Below, piece by piece: positions 1 to 8,043 of a stretch of DNA of 20,000 nt. The stretch's first letter is position 1. Every line of letters starts with the position of its first letter. Origin of the DNA: an uncultured virus (IMG/VR IMGVR_UViG_3300006467_001879). Lineage: Duplodnaviria; Heunggongvirae; Uroviricota; Caudoviricetes. The position numbers and the translations under genes were made by a program. The notes beneath the pieces are model-generated. The model saw only the letters and a program-made list of their open reading frames with translations, was not told the origin of the DNA and did no database searches. The stretch lies in the IMG/VR virus record IMGVR_UViG_3300006467_001879, one strand, 5' to 3'.

Positions 1-125
1 ATGTGGCTTGTAGTAGGGCTAAAGAAAGCTTAGCTATTGTTGCATATACTGATAACCCTGAATCGCTTAAAAGCAATGTAGTGAATTATGGTTGGTTTAC
101 AAATGAGGAGGTTGAGATACTATAA
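1..125 (+). CDS. 3' end of a UvrD/Rep superfamily 1 helicase, possibly GajB-like (partial; not in the ORF track)
   Basis: Frame from base 3 reads VACSRAKESLAIVAYTDNPESLKSNVVNYGWFTNEEVEIL* (TAA 123-125). (Y)VACSRAK matches SF1 helicase motif VI (YVAxTRA). Confidence 0.8.
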   Translation, partial: VACSRAKESLAIVAYTDNPESLKSNVVNYGWFTNEEVEIL

Positions 126-127
126 TC

Positions 128-745
128 CTATTCAATTTTCAACTTTTTGATAATATTCTCCAAAGCCTCTTCTTGTTTGTCGGTGAGCTTTCCTTTTTTT
201 TCACAGCTTTTTTTGAGGCTATGGATGAATGATGTGTCAAACCAATCGTTTTTTTCAGCCCATTTTAAAACAAGATTAATTCGGGTAAAATTTGAGTTGG
301 ACTCATAGCTTGTAAAGTCAAGAAGCTTTTGGTTGATTCGCTCTTTAATATTGAGCTGTTTTCCTGATAGGTTTCGTTTTCTTATGATGTCTTGATAAAA
401 GTCGTATTCAAAATCGCTAAGTAATTTCTTATCCTTCATAAATTCAAGTACTTCGGCACTCATGCTTTTTGAAATATCTTCTTTTAACCGTTTGATTGAT
501 GTAAAGATCTTGTTGCCGTCATCAATGTTCAAGAATTTATTTACGCAACAATTTCCGACTTCGGTTATAGTGCCGTTGATTCTATTCTTAATAACACAGA
601 TATTCTTTATTGGGTAATGACCACATAAACACGATTCAAGCTCTTCACTGTAATAAGCGTAGTCAAAATCCCATTCAAACTTGGCATCCGTCCAGTTGTT
701 GGATTCACTTCTATCAATTATTTCAGTTATGAGTTTATATTCCAT
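128..745 (-). CDS. Hypothetical protein with putative Zn-binding Cys/His cluster
   Basis: 205-aa ORF with CLCGH...C...VGNCCV, and two C-terminal helical segments sharing L[ST]xKQ. Starts 3 nt after the upstream stop. Confidence 0.75.
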   Translation of the reverse strand: MEYKLITEIIDRSESNNWTDAKFEWDFDYAYYSEELESCLCGHYPIKNICVIKNRINGTITEVGNCCVNKFLNIDDGNKIFTSIKRLKEDISKSMSAEVLEFMKDKKLLSDFEYDFYQDIIRKRNLSGKQLNIKERINQKLLDFTSYESNSNFTRINLVLKWAEKNDWFDTSFIHSLKKSCEKKGKLTDKQEEALENIIKKLKIE

Positions 746-748
746 AAG

Positions 749-2554
749 CTATAAATTTCTCCAATGCTCCCAAATAATCACCATGGCAAGCGTATCGAGT
801 TTGCAATAACGTAATAAAGCCTCTTTGTAGGCTTTTTTTATTTCGGGTTGGTGTTTGCTGATACCAAAGAGCATATCTTCATAGGCTCGCATGGCTCCGG
901 TTCCTTCGTTTACCTTTTCTGCATTTTCCAACAGGTCGATGGGTGGTAAATGTTTGTAGGGGTTCTCGATTATTCCGTCTTCGCCACGGTGCAATAAATT
1001 GATGCCTTCGTCAAAATTCGATAGCCAGTTTTCGGTGCGTTTGGAATTATTGGCAGCCAAAACAGCCGGAAGGGTTACTTTAATACTGGTACGCCCTTTC
1101 ATTACAGGGTGGAAATAGTGTTTCAATGCCAAATCGTTCATGTCCACAAAGGCTCCTGCACCATTTTTATCAAACTTCACAACGTATTCCAACCATCGCT
1201 TTAATCCCGGAATGGATTGATTGTACTCTTCCATTTGGTAATAGATGTTTCGCAAGGTGGTGTTTTCATGTGAGCTCCACATCAAAAGTGTACCATCATA
1301 TCCGACCTTATTCATCAAACTTTCAGCAAAAGCAAAGCTTGGGAATTTAGGATCGGTATTGAGCCATTCATTATGAATAGGTTCAGCTCCGGGTTGTTTA
1401 ATGGTATGGCAACTCCATTGAAAAGCACTCATTTCATACGGTCGCATACCTTTATGAAAAGGCAATGCCGTAATACAGGTTTCAAAGTCAATAAAATGCA
1501 GCGGATATTTCCACGAGTTGATTTCCTCTTTCAATTCCCTTGCTATCCATTCCGATTGAGCTTTAGTATTGTTGATCTGTATCAATCTGCGTTCACCCCA
1601 AACACCTTCAAACGCTTTTTCAGGCAAGGCATCTACATCTAGTTTCTTTTCTCCAATTAAGGCGTTAGCAACGGATTCCTTATTTTCTTTGATATTCCCC
1701 AAACGGTACACATCTTTGATATGTAATTCCGGTTCCGGCATTCCTTTCCAACATTCATGGTAGCCGTTTTTATCTTCTCCGGCATTGTATTCACAAGAGA
1801 AGCAACCAATATTCAAAGGTTCCTGAATTTTCTCTCCCTTCTCTAAGCTCTCTGAATAAACTTTGATGGCGTTCTTAATGATGGAGCTACGTTTTTTCAC
1901 TTCATCGTTTACACCCACCTTTACCATTAAATCATCCTTACGAATAAGTTCAGGATCACCAATAAACTCAATCTCGTAAAACTTAAACTGATTGTGAGCT
2001 TCTACTTCTTTCAATTCAAACAAAGCGTTTAAGCCATCTATTTGAGTGCGCTTCGCTTTATCCGGAACAAACAGAAAACAGTCGATATGGGCATCTGGAA
2101 ATACTTCTTGTAGAAGCTCCTTTTGAAAAGCAATATCCTCTAAATATTCATCCCAACCTTTGTCAAACTTCGGGTTATCGGAATCAAAGCCTTTGGACTT
2201 TACTTCAATAATTTCAAACCGATTGCCTTGCTTAACTAAAATATCAATGGCAGCGACTTTGCCTTCAATCAATAAAGCTGGTTCAAAAAGAACTACATTT
2301 TCTTTTTGCAGCTCTTCTTTAGTTTGAGCTATGGCACTCTCCAGTCCGAGTTCGTTTTGTATGCGAATACCTTCCGGAAAATGAAGTGTAGCCAATTTAC
2401 CAACCGCATAACCACCTTCCGCAAGGTACTCCATGTATTCGTTGCCATCATTGGCAGATGGATAGCCATTTTTCTTGTAATACAACTTGGTCGGACAGCT
2501 ACGAGCTACCTTAAAATCGGACTTAGATAATATTTTTGAAAAGTCGGTTTTCAT
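749..2554 (-). CDS. DUF2779-family protein: N-terminal Cas4/RecB-like PD-(D/E)xK domain plus C-terminal RNase H-like DEDD domain
   Basis: LSKSDF...CP at the N-terminus; IDILV...IIEVKS nuclease motif; CFSC...C cluster; HFIDFET, PYE..AFQWSCH, SIKVTLP and LRYCKLDT motifs. Confidence 0.8.
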   Translation of the reverse strand: MKTDFSKILSKSDFKVARSCPTKLYYKKNGYPSANDGNEYMEYLAEGGYAVGKLATLHFPEGIRIQNELGLESAIAQTKEELQKENVVLFEPALLIEGKVAAIDILVKQGNRFEIIEVKSKGFDSDNPKFDKGWDEYLEDIAFQKELLQEVFPDAHIDCFLFVPDKAKRTQIDGLNALFELKEVEAHNQFKFYEIEFIGDPELIRKDDLMVKVGVNDEVKKRSSIIKNAIKVYSESLEKGEKIQEPLNIGCFSCEYNAGEDKNGYHECWKGMPEPELHIKDVYRLGNIKENKESVANALIGEKKLDVDALPEKAFEGVWGERRLIQINNTKAQSEWIARELKEEINSWKYPLHFIDFETCITALPFHKGMRPYEMSAFQWSCHTIKQPGAEPIHNEWLNTDPKFPSFAFAESLMNKVGYDGTLLMWSSHENTTLRNIYYQMEEYNQSIPGLKRWLEYVVKFDKNGAGAFVDMNDLALKHYFHPVMKGRTSIKVTLPAVLAANNSKRTENWLSNFDEGINLLHRGEDGIIENPYKHLPPIDLLENAEKVNEGTGAMRAYEDMLFGISKHQPEIKKAYKEALLRYCKLDTLAMVIIWEHWRNL

Positions 2555-4605
2555 TACAATTCAGCTTCCTCCTTAACAAGCATGAATTCCAATCCTAGTA
2601 TTTTGTATTTCGTTTCAATAGGAATTGAATTGAAATCTTCATTTATATAATCACACAAAAAGCTCAGTATTTTTAAACCTCTTTCAACGATGGTCTCCGG
2701 TGTCCATTCTGTTTCATTGGCAACTATCATGGCACTCATGGAATCGTATTTATAGCCTCTTTTAGGGTATCCTTCTCCTTTATTGCTTTGATCTACTTTG
2801 AAAGGGAATTTGTCATTTTGAAGTGAAGAGTTGGCACTCTTTGATAACGCCAAAAGATTGCCAAGGCTATTAGCAAAATTTCTACGTTGTTCAGGTGTGT
2901 ATTTTGTGAAGTGACTCCAGTCGTTTTGGATTTTATTATAAGCATCTTCAACTTCAATTGGTTCTTTTCCTTTGTGTTGAGCATAAGTTTCCAAACTCAC
3001 TGTGGCACTTTGAGGATAAATGTGCTCAATACTATCGTTCTTAACAAAATCAGTCCATTCTATTACACTACTCTCGCTTGAGTTTTTGTTAATTTTTCTA
3101 AGGTGTTTGTCATACTGATACAGTAAATAAAACCTCCCTGACCATTTGTAGAACCCGGTTTTGTGTCCCAATTCAAATAGTTCATAACTCTGATTTACAA
3201 ATAAGTTGAATCGGTAATACCAGGAAGTATATAGTTCCAGTTCTGTTTTGGTTTCGGCACTATCCTTTTTGCCTTTATATACCTCGTAAGCAAGGCTGTA
3301 TATTTTACTATCACCTGTATTTCCTCGTTTATCGGAAAGGTCAAATAGTTTGAAGCTGTATTTTTCCAGTGTTTTAATCGAATCAACAAAATCATTTCTA
3401 TCATCCCTACTTAAAATAGCAAGTAATATAGGCTTAAAAGATGCTTTCAGACCTACGTGATGCACTCCCTGAATAGCTGTTCTAATTACCTTTTCATCCT
3501 CATTAAAATACTTGATGTAATGTAGTTTATTCCACCATATTGAACAGACCTGTAAAGATTTAATGTAGGTCTCAATATCGGTACGTTTTAACTTCCCATT
3601 GTAAACATTATCAAGGCTAAAATGCTCATCAAACAAAAAGTTGGCATACACATTGGCTTCATCACGGCTATACTTATTGAAGTAAGCTATCCAATGATTT
3701 TTGATGAAATCTTCATCATCTAAAGGGTATTGTTTGTTTTGACCTAATGATTTGTAGATCGTAATCCATGCTTTATTTATTGATTTTTCTAATTCAGTTT
3801 TTTGAGCTTCATTTAGATTAAATACTTCCTGGGAATCCTCTGATACATGGTATTTATCATTGAGATAAAGAAGCCTGTTTTTTAGCTTTTCAAGTTGAGA
3901 TAATGGTTTTCCTCTGTTATTCATCGTCTCGAATACAACATACTCGTCCAGTTCTTCGGGAAGGATATATTCGTTTAGCCTCAATTGGTTGGTAACCTTA
4001 TTAAAGAGTTGCTCAATAGTATTTCCTTCTTCTCGGAGGTATAGGTCAACCATTGCCTCAAAGAAATTCTTCGCCTTTAAAAGGTTTTCGGTATATGTAC
4101 TTTCTTCGCTATCATCTTCTATTTCATTCAATGATAAGATGTGCTTCCTGAAAAACTTATCACTTGGATTGTCTTCGTCATATCCGAAAATATAGGCGTT
4201 AACACCTTTATTGATAAAGAGATATTGCATTTCCGCATCCCCTTCACGAATACCTAAAATCACATTTTGCTTTTGAGCCTCTCTAATAATCACACTCAGT
4301 AAAATCAATACAGAAGTGATTCGCTGCTGCCCATCTACAATAGAATACTGCTTGAAATTGTGCAACCAGTTATAATCACAAGGTTTTACTTCAACTAATG
4401 TTAGCAATCCTGTATAGTGCCATTTGCCTTCAGGAATATTAATCAAGTCATCCCATAGATCCTTTAATTGACCTTTCACATTCTTTAGAGGCTCTTTATT
4501 GTCAACCTTAATAGATTTATTGTTGGTCCAAGCATAACCACGCTGATAAGCTGGTATCCTTAATATTCTATTGGTGAAAATTTCGTGTATTGATTTTAAA
4601 TCCAT
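2554..4605 (-). CDS. gmrSD: GmrSD-type (DUF262 + DUF1524/HNH) restriction endonuclease
   Basis: IPAYQRGYAW, IVDGQQRITS and FETMNNRGKPL (DUF262); SIEHIYPQ and LGNLLALSKSANSSLQN (DUF1524). Confidence 0.9.
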   Translation of the reverse strand: MDLKSIHEIFTNRILRIPAYQRGYAWTNNKSIKVDNKEPLKNVKGQLKDLWDDLINIPEGKWHYTGLLTLVEVKPCDYNWLHNFKQYSIVDGQQRITSVLILLSVIIREAQKQNVILGIREGDAEMQYLFINKGVNAYIFGYDEDNPSDKFFRKHILSLNEIEDDSEESTYTENLLKAKNFFEAMVDLYLREEGNTIEQLFNKVTNQLRLNEYILPEELDEYVVFETMNNRGKPLSQLEKLKNRLLYLNDKYHVSEDSQEVFNLNEAQKTELEKSINKAWITIYKSLGQNKQYPLDDEDFIKNHWIAYFNKYSRDEANVYANFLFDEHFSLDNVYNGKLKRTDIETYIKSLQVCSIWWNKLHYIKYFNEDEKVIRTAIQGVHHVGLKASFKPILLAILSRDDRNDFVDSIKTLEKYSFKLFDLSDKRGNTGDSKIYSLAYEVYKGKKDSAETKTELELYTSWYYRFNLFVNQSYELFELGHKTGFYKWSGRFYLLYQYDKHLRKINKNSSESSVIEWTDFVKNDSIEHIYPQSATVSLETYAQHKGKEPIEVEDAYNKIQNDWSHFTKYTPEQRRNFANSLGNLLALSKSANSSLQNDKFPFKVDQSNKGEGYPKRGYKYDSMSAMIVANETEWTPETIVERGLKILSFLCDYINEDFNSIPIETKYKILGLEFMLVKEEAEL

Positions 4606-4617
4606 ATTCTAATATTC

Positions 4618-5673
4618 TTAATTCAACGCCTTATACCAATAGAAAAATGCTGCTTTGTCTCTCGATTTTTTGAGCTTGTTCAGGAAGTTTAGCTCACCGG
4701 AAATTTCCAGATTACTGATGTCCTGACCGTTAAATTTCTCTATCGCTGAATGGTCTTTGTTCTTTAATTGTTTGGCGAGGTAAGCTGCTTTACCTGCTGC
4801 AAGTATGGCATCTTCAATTTTGAAGTTTTCAGCGATCAAAAAGCCTTCAAACCTGCGTATTCCGGTAGTGAGTTCGGTAAACCTAGTTTTGTCTGGCTCC
4901 ACGGTATTTTTGGTTCGTTTGGCTATGAGTAAAGAAGTGGTGAAAATATCATCCAGTATCTCTGTTAAGCCAATTTCCAGTTCACGATAGTTGATTTCCT
5001 TAGCACCAATTTTCTCAAAACTCAACGCAATTTCTTCTACGTTTTCTACTTCGTCAAAGAGGCATCCAATATCAAAGAGTTGCTTAATAATTTCCTGTTC
5101 TTTGTCCTTGCCGTAAAGGATTCCAACGGTGTTTGGTGCAAATGCCGTGAGTTTGTCTCCTAAAATAGATTCAATAGAGGGAACAGCTACTTCCAATACT
5201 TCTTCGGATTCAATCCACTCCGATTGGATAGGAGCTGATAATAATCTTGGGTAATCGGTTTGCTCAAATAGAATATCCAATAACACAAAATGAGCACTTT
5301 GATTCAGGCTCGATTCATAATCAAATTCGTAATGAGCTTTGGGTACACCTTCTTTGTAGCTTCTTCTATCTTGTAGATCCCATTTATTGAAATGTGAGTT
5401 AGCCACCACTTTGTCCAGGATTGCTTCAACTTCCTCTCTGCTTTGAGTGGTAATAATATCAATATCTACCGAAAACCGTCTCGATTTGGAAAGCAACAAT
5501 ACCAAACTCGTACCGCCTTTAAAAGTAAACTCCAGACCATGAGCTTTGAGCTGCTGCAACAAGGAAAGAGCGTGTATCATTTTCTCCAATATTGGAGGAT
5601 TGATACGCTTCAAATGCTTTTGCTGCTTAAAGCCGTTGATCCATTCTTTGGTAAAACAATGTGCTTTTATCAT
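4618..5673 (-). CDS. abiEii: AbiEii/AbiGii-family nucleotidyltransferase toxin (type IV TA)
   Basis: FKGGTSL, RFSVDIDI, GDKLTAF and KQLFDI motifs; ATGA overlap with the upstream antitoxin-like gene. Confidence 0.9.
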   Translation of the reverse strand: MIKAHCFTKEWINGFKQQKHLKRINPPILEKMIHALSLLQQLKAHGLEFTFKGGTSLVLLLSKSRRFSVDIDIITTQSREEVEAILDKVVANSHFNKWDLQDRRSYKEGVPKAHYEFDYESSLNQSAHFVLLDILFEQTDYPRLLSAPIQSEWIESEEVLEVAVPSIESILGDKLTAFAPNTVGILYGKDKEQEIIKQLFDIGCLFDEVENVEEIALSFEKIGAKEINYRELEIGLTEILDDIFTTSLLIAKRTKNTVEPDKTRFTELTTGIRRFEGFLIAENFKIEDAILAAGKAAYLAKQLKNKDHSAIEKFNGQDISNLEISGELNFLNKLKKSRDKAAFFYWYKALN

Positions 5674-6440
5674 TCTAAAATATCTTTTAATAAATCGCCA
5701 AAATACTCACTCATGTAAGCCTTCAATTGCGGTTCTTTTTTTCGTCTCCTTGCATAGTTCAGCATTCGGCTAAAATTAACATGATACCTTTTTAAGGCAT
5801 TTTCAAACAGTGTTTCCATTTCACTTCCTTGAACCGTGTAAAAGGTTATTGGATCGCAGAATATATCCACCAACATTTTTTCTAAAGTCGGAACCTGAAT
5901 TTTATCCTTTGCCTTTGGTTTTATGGAAACCTTTTGTTTAGGCGAACGGCTAATAAGCGGTTTTATAACGATGGAAATTTCACTTTCCACATACCTTTCC
6001 ATGATGTCCTCATTAGGATCGAGATACACTCGGTATTGTTTGGATTCGGAATAGGCGTTGAATACTTCTTCCACAAAATCCCTTTCTACCTCTAATAAAT
6101 AGAAGAAAGTCCCCATTTGATGTCTTGTAAAGTCATTAAACCATTCAGTACTCCATAAGCAGTAATCTAGGTTGTCAAACTCCTTAGCGACAATTTTTGA
6201 GAGCTTTACAAGTTTATCAGAAATGGCAGGAACATACTTCTTACTGTTTGAAATACTGTAAACCCCTCGTTTTACGGATTTAATGATATTCTTATTTAGT
6301 AAGTCATGGATACGCCATGATAAAGCCGTTTCGGTCATTTCCGGATCGAATTGCTTTAAAAAGGCGAATAGCTCATCCCGATCGAATTGAGTTACGTCCT
6401 TAAAAGTCTCTATTAGCTGTTTCTCTATGAACTTTGTCAT
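5670..6440 (-). CDS. abiEi: AbiEi-like antitoxin / transcriptional regulator (DUF6577-like)
   Basis: N-terminal winged-helix pattern (LSWRIHDLLNKNIIKSVKRGVY); C-terminal PTLEKMLVDIF and YARRR; directly upstream of and coupled to the AbiEii gene. Confidence 0.8.
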   Translation of the reverse strand: MTKFIEKQLIETFKDVTQFDRDELFAFLKQFDPEMTETALSWRIHDLLNKNIIKSVKRGVYSISNSKKYVPAISDKLVKLSKIVAKEFDNLDYCLWSTEWFNDFTRHQMGTFFYLLEVERDFVEEVFNAYSESKQYRVYLDPNEDIMERYVESEISIVIKPLISRSPKQKVSIKPKAKDKIQVPTLEKMLVDIFCDPITFYTVQGSEMETLFENALKRYHVNFSRMLNYARRRKKEPQLKAYMSEYFGDLLKDILE

Positions 6441-6443
6441 TGT

Positions 6444-6576
6444 CTATAATTAACCACTAAACCTTATTTAGTGGCGTTATTTAGTAAAATTATAATTAGC
6501 CACCGATACAAATATAGTGGTTATTTTTGAAATTACTATAATTAGCCACCAAAATCCGTTTAGTGGCTAATTATAG
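6444..6576. repeat. Three tandem palindromic operator-like units with a 46-bp period
   Basis: TATAATTARCCAC at 6445, 6491 and 6537, each followed by 13 nt and then GTGG. The third unit is a perfect inverted repeat, CTATAATTAGCCAC-N13-GTGGCTAATTATAG (6536-6576). Confidence 0.9.
6509..6516 (-). promoter_or_regulatory. Putative Bacteroidota sigma-A -7 element (TATATTTG) for the abiE operon
   Basis: Minus strand reads TATATTTG, matching TAnnTTTG, about 70 nt upstream of the abiEi start and inside the spacer of repeat unit 2. No clear -33 element seen. Confidence 0.55.
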
Positions 6577-6625
6577 GTTATTGTCTTTTCCTTTGAATTT
6601 ATCCCCTACATAAATTCCAATACCC

Positions 6626-6654
6626 ATTTAATTTATACCTAGGATAAATTAAAT
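6626..6654. repeat. AT-rich inverted repeat, 11-bp arms with 7-bp centre
   Basis: ATTTAATTTAT-ACCTAGG-ATAAATTAAAT. Confidence 0.7.
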
Positions 6655-6839
6655 CACTTCCTTTTTTGTACCGAAATATTCCAAGTTTTTGCCTTAAAGT
6701 TTGTCGATAAACAAACACTCACCAAAGGACAATTTTTGCCCTTTTTATCGGCTTGTTTTCCCCTGACCTTAGCATCTCAATTGGTTTAAAAACCGCACAG
6801 TTCAATTCGGAAGATTTAAAAATTTAAAACGATAAAAAA

Positions 6840-6995
6840 ATGAAAAATACTGATTGGAAATCAATTGGCATTATGGCAGGAGTTTCACTAGGAGTTTTTG
6901 TGATTGGTACAATCCTAACCAAAAAAGTGATTGACCCTGCTATGGAGAAAGCAAAAGCTAAAAAGTTAGCAGAAAGCAGCGAAACAAAGAAGTAG
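6840..6995 (+). CDS. Small membrane protein, 51 aa (not in the ORF track)
   Basis: MKNTDWKSIGIMAGVSLGVFVIGTILTKKVIDPAMEKAKAKKLAESSETKK*; A-rich sequence before the ATG; one TM followed by a Lys-rich tail. Confidence 0.75.
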   Translation: MKNTDWKSIGIMAGVSLGVFVIGTILTKKVIDPAMEKAKAKKLAESSETKK

Positions 6996-7049
6996 TTCCA
7001 TGGTGGGGCTACCTGAATTTAGTTACAAACACTTAAAAAAGCATTCAAA

Positions 7050-7937
7050 ATGAATCCATATAACGATGAGTTGATGGCATACGAAGATGATGCCGAAGAC
7101 AGATACGATGACTACGATGGGTATGAAGAAGATGACTTCGATACCGGTTTTGAAGGTCATGAAGACAGTTATTACGATGAGGATGAATACTACGATGAAG
7201 AAGTAGAATACATTCCTGCCGATGATGACGACATGTACGATAGTTACAAAACAAATTCTATCGGACGTATTGACCCTAACGACCGAACCCTGACCGTAGT
7301 AGTGAAAAATACTTCCGGAGCTGATGCAGAAGCCATTCTGTTTGGAGCAAACGAAGAAGCAGCACAACCTGCCGGTGTAACGGTAAGCGTTGAAGAGAGT
7401 TCACACAAAGAAGTAAGGGAGGAATCAAAAGCCAACCCATTCAAGATTGTGGGAATGAAAATGTCGGTTTCCAATCCATTGCAATTTGACAATGTATTGA
7501 AGATCAATAAAAGGACAGCGACAGGAAGCAATTCGGTAAGAGTTTACCAACCAAGAAATGCAACTTCTCCACAAAACTTCACTCAAGGTTTGATTGATGA
7601 CAACAACTTTGAAGTGGACGTTACCGGACAAGACAGCATTAGATTATTGCTTAAAGATGGTGTAACGGTGGTATTCACCTTCACAATCAAGGCAAGAGCC
7701 AACATGGGTAACTTATTGGACGGTAAAAATGTTGCCGAGCTTTCAACTGCTCCTAGAACAACTGGTCTTCCACAATTAGACTTAATCAGAAGTAAAAAGC
7801 CGACAGCCTTTGGTTTGAAGCCTAAGAAACTGGTAAAGAAGATTGTCAGAAAGAGACCTAGTCCTGTTAAACGCAGACGTGGTATTTCAATGAGAAGACG
7901 ACCTGGAGGAAGAGGATTCTTACGCAGAAGAAGATAA
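7050..7937 (+). CDS. Candidate major capsid/structural protein: acidic N-terminus, beta-sandwich core, basic C-terminus
   Basis: About 65 aa of D/E/Y-rich N-terminus; about 140 aa of alternating beta-strand pattern; K/R-rich tail ending RRRPGGRGFLRRRR; no TM; followed by a terminator-like hairpin. The ORF is solid, the function is inferred. Confidence 0.55.
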   Translation: MNPYNDELMAYEDDAEDRYDDYDGYEEDDFDTGFEGHEDSYYDEDEYYDEEVEYIPADDDDMYDSYKTNSIGRIDPNDRTLTVVVKNTSGADAEAILFGANEEAAQPAGVTVSVEESSHKEVREESKANPFKIVGMKMSVSNPLQFDNVLKINKRTATGSNSVRVYQPRNATSPQNFTQGLIDDNNFEVDVTGQDSIRLLLKDGVTVVFTFTIKARANMGNLLDGKNVAELSTAPRTTGLPQLDLIRSKKPTAFGLKPKKLVKKIVRKRPSPVKRRRGISMRRRPGGRGFLRRRR

Positions 7938-7983
7938 GAACCTATGCAAGCTGTAAAAGGCTCATAACAGGGACAATTTAAAG

Positions 7984-8020
7984 CAGCCAAAGTCAGCGTG
8001 ATAGCTCTTTGGCTGTTTTT
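7984..8020 (+). terminator. Intrinsic terminator-like hairpin
   Basis: CAGCCAAAG (7984-7992) pairs with CTTTGGCTG (8007-8015), followed by TTTTT. Confidence 0.7.
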
Positions 8021-8043
8021 GTAAAAACTCAAATTGAAATACG

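Noticed and set aside
1126..5773. Short + strand and alternate-frame ORFs within the defence genes
   Set aside because: Fully nested in long genes with clear family motifs; no independent evidence.
6444..6576. 46-bp periodic repeats as a CRISPR mini-array (tempting given the Cas4-like gene nearby)
   Set aside because: Only three units, variable parts are 13 nt or shorter and lie inside palindromes, and there are no cas1/cas2 or effector genes. The position fits an operator.
7050..7250. GAT/GAA/TAC-rich low-complexity DNA as a tandem repeat or ncRNA
   Set aside because: Explained by the D/E/Y coding bias of ORF 7050; no fixed period.
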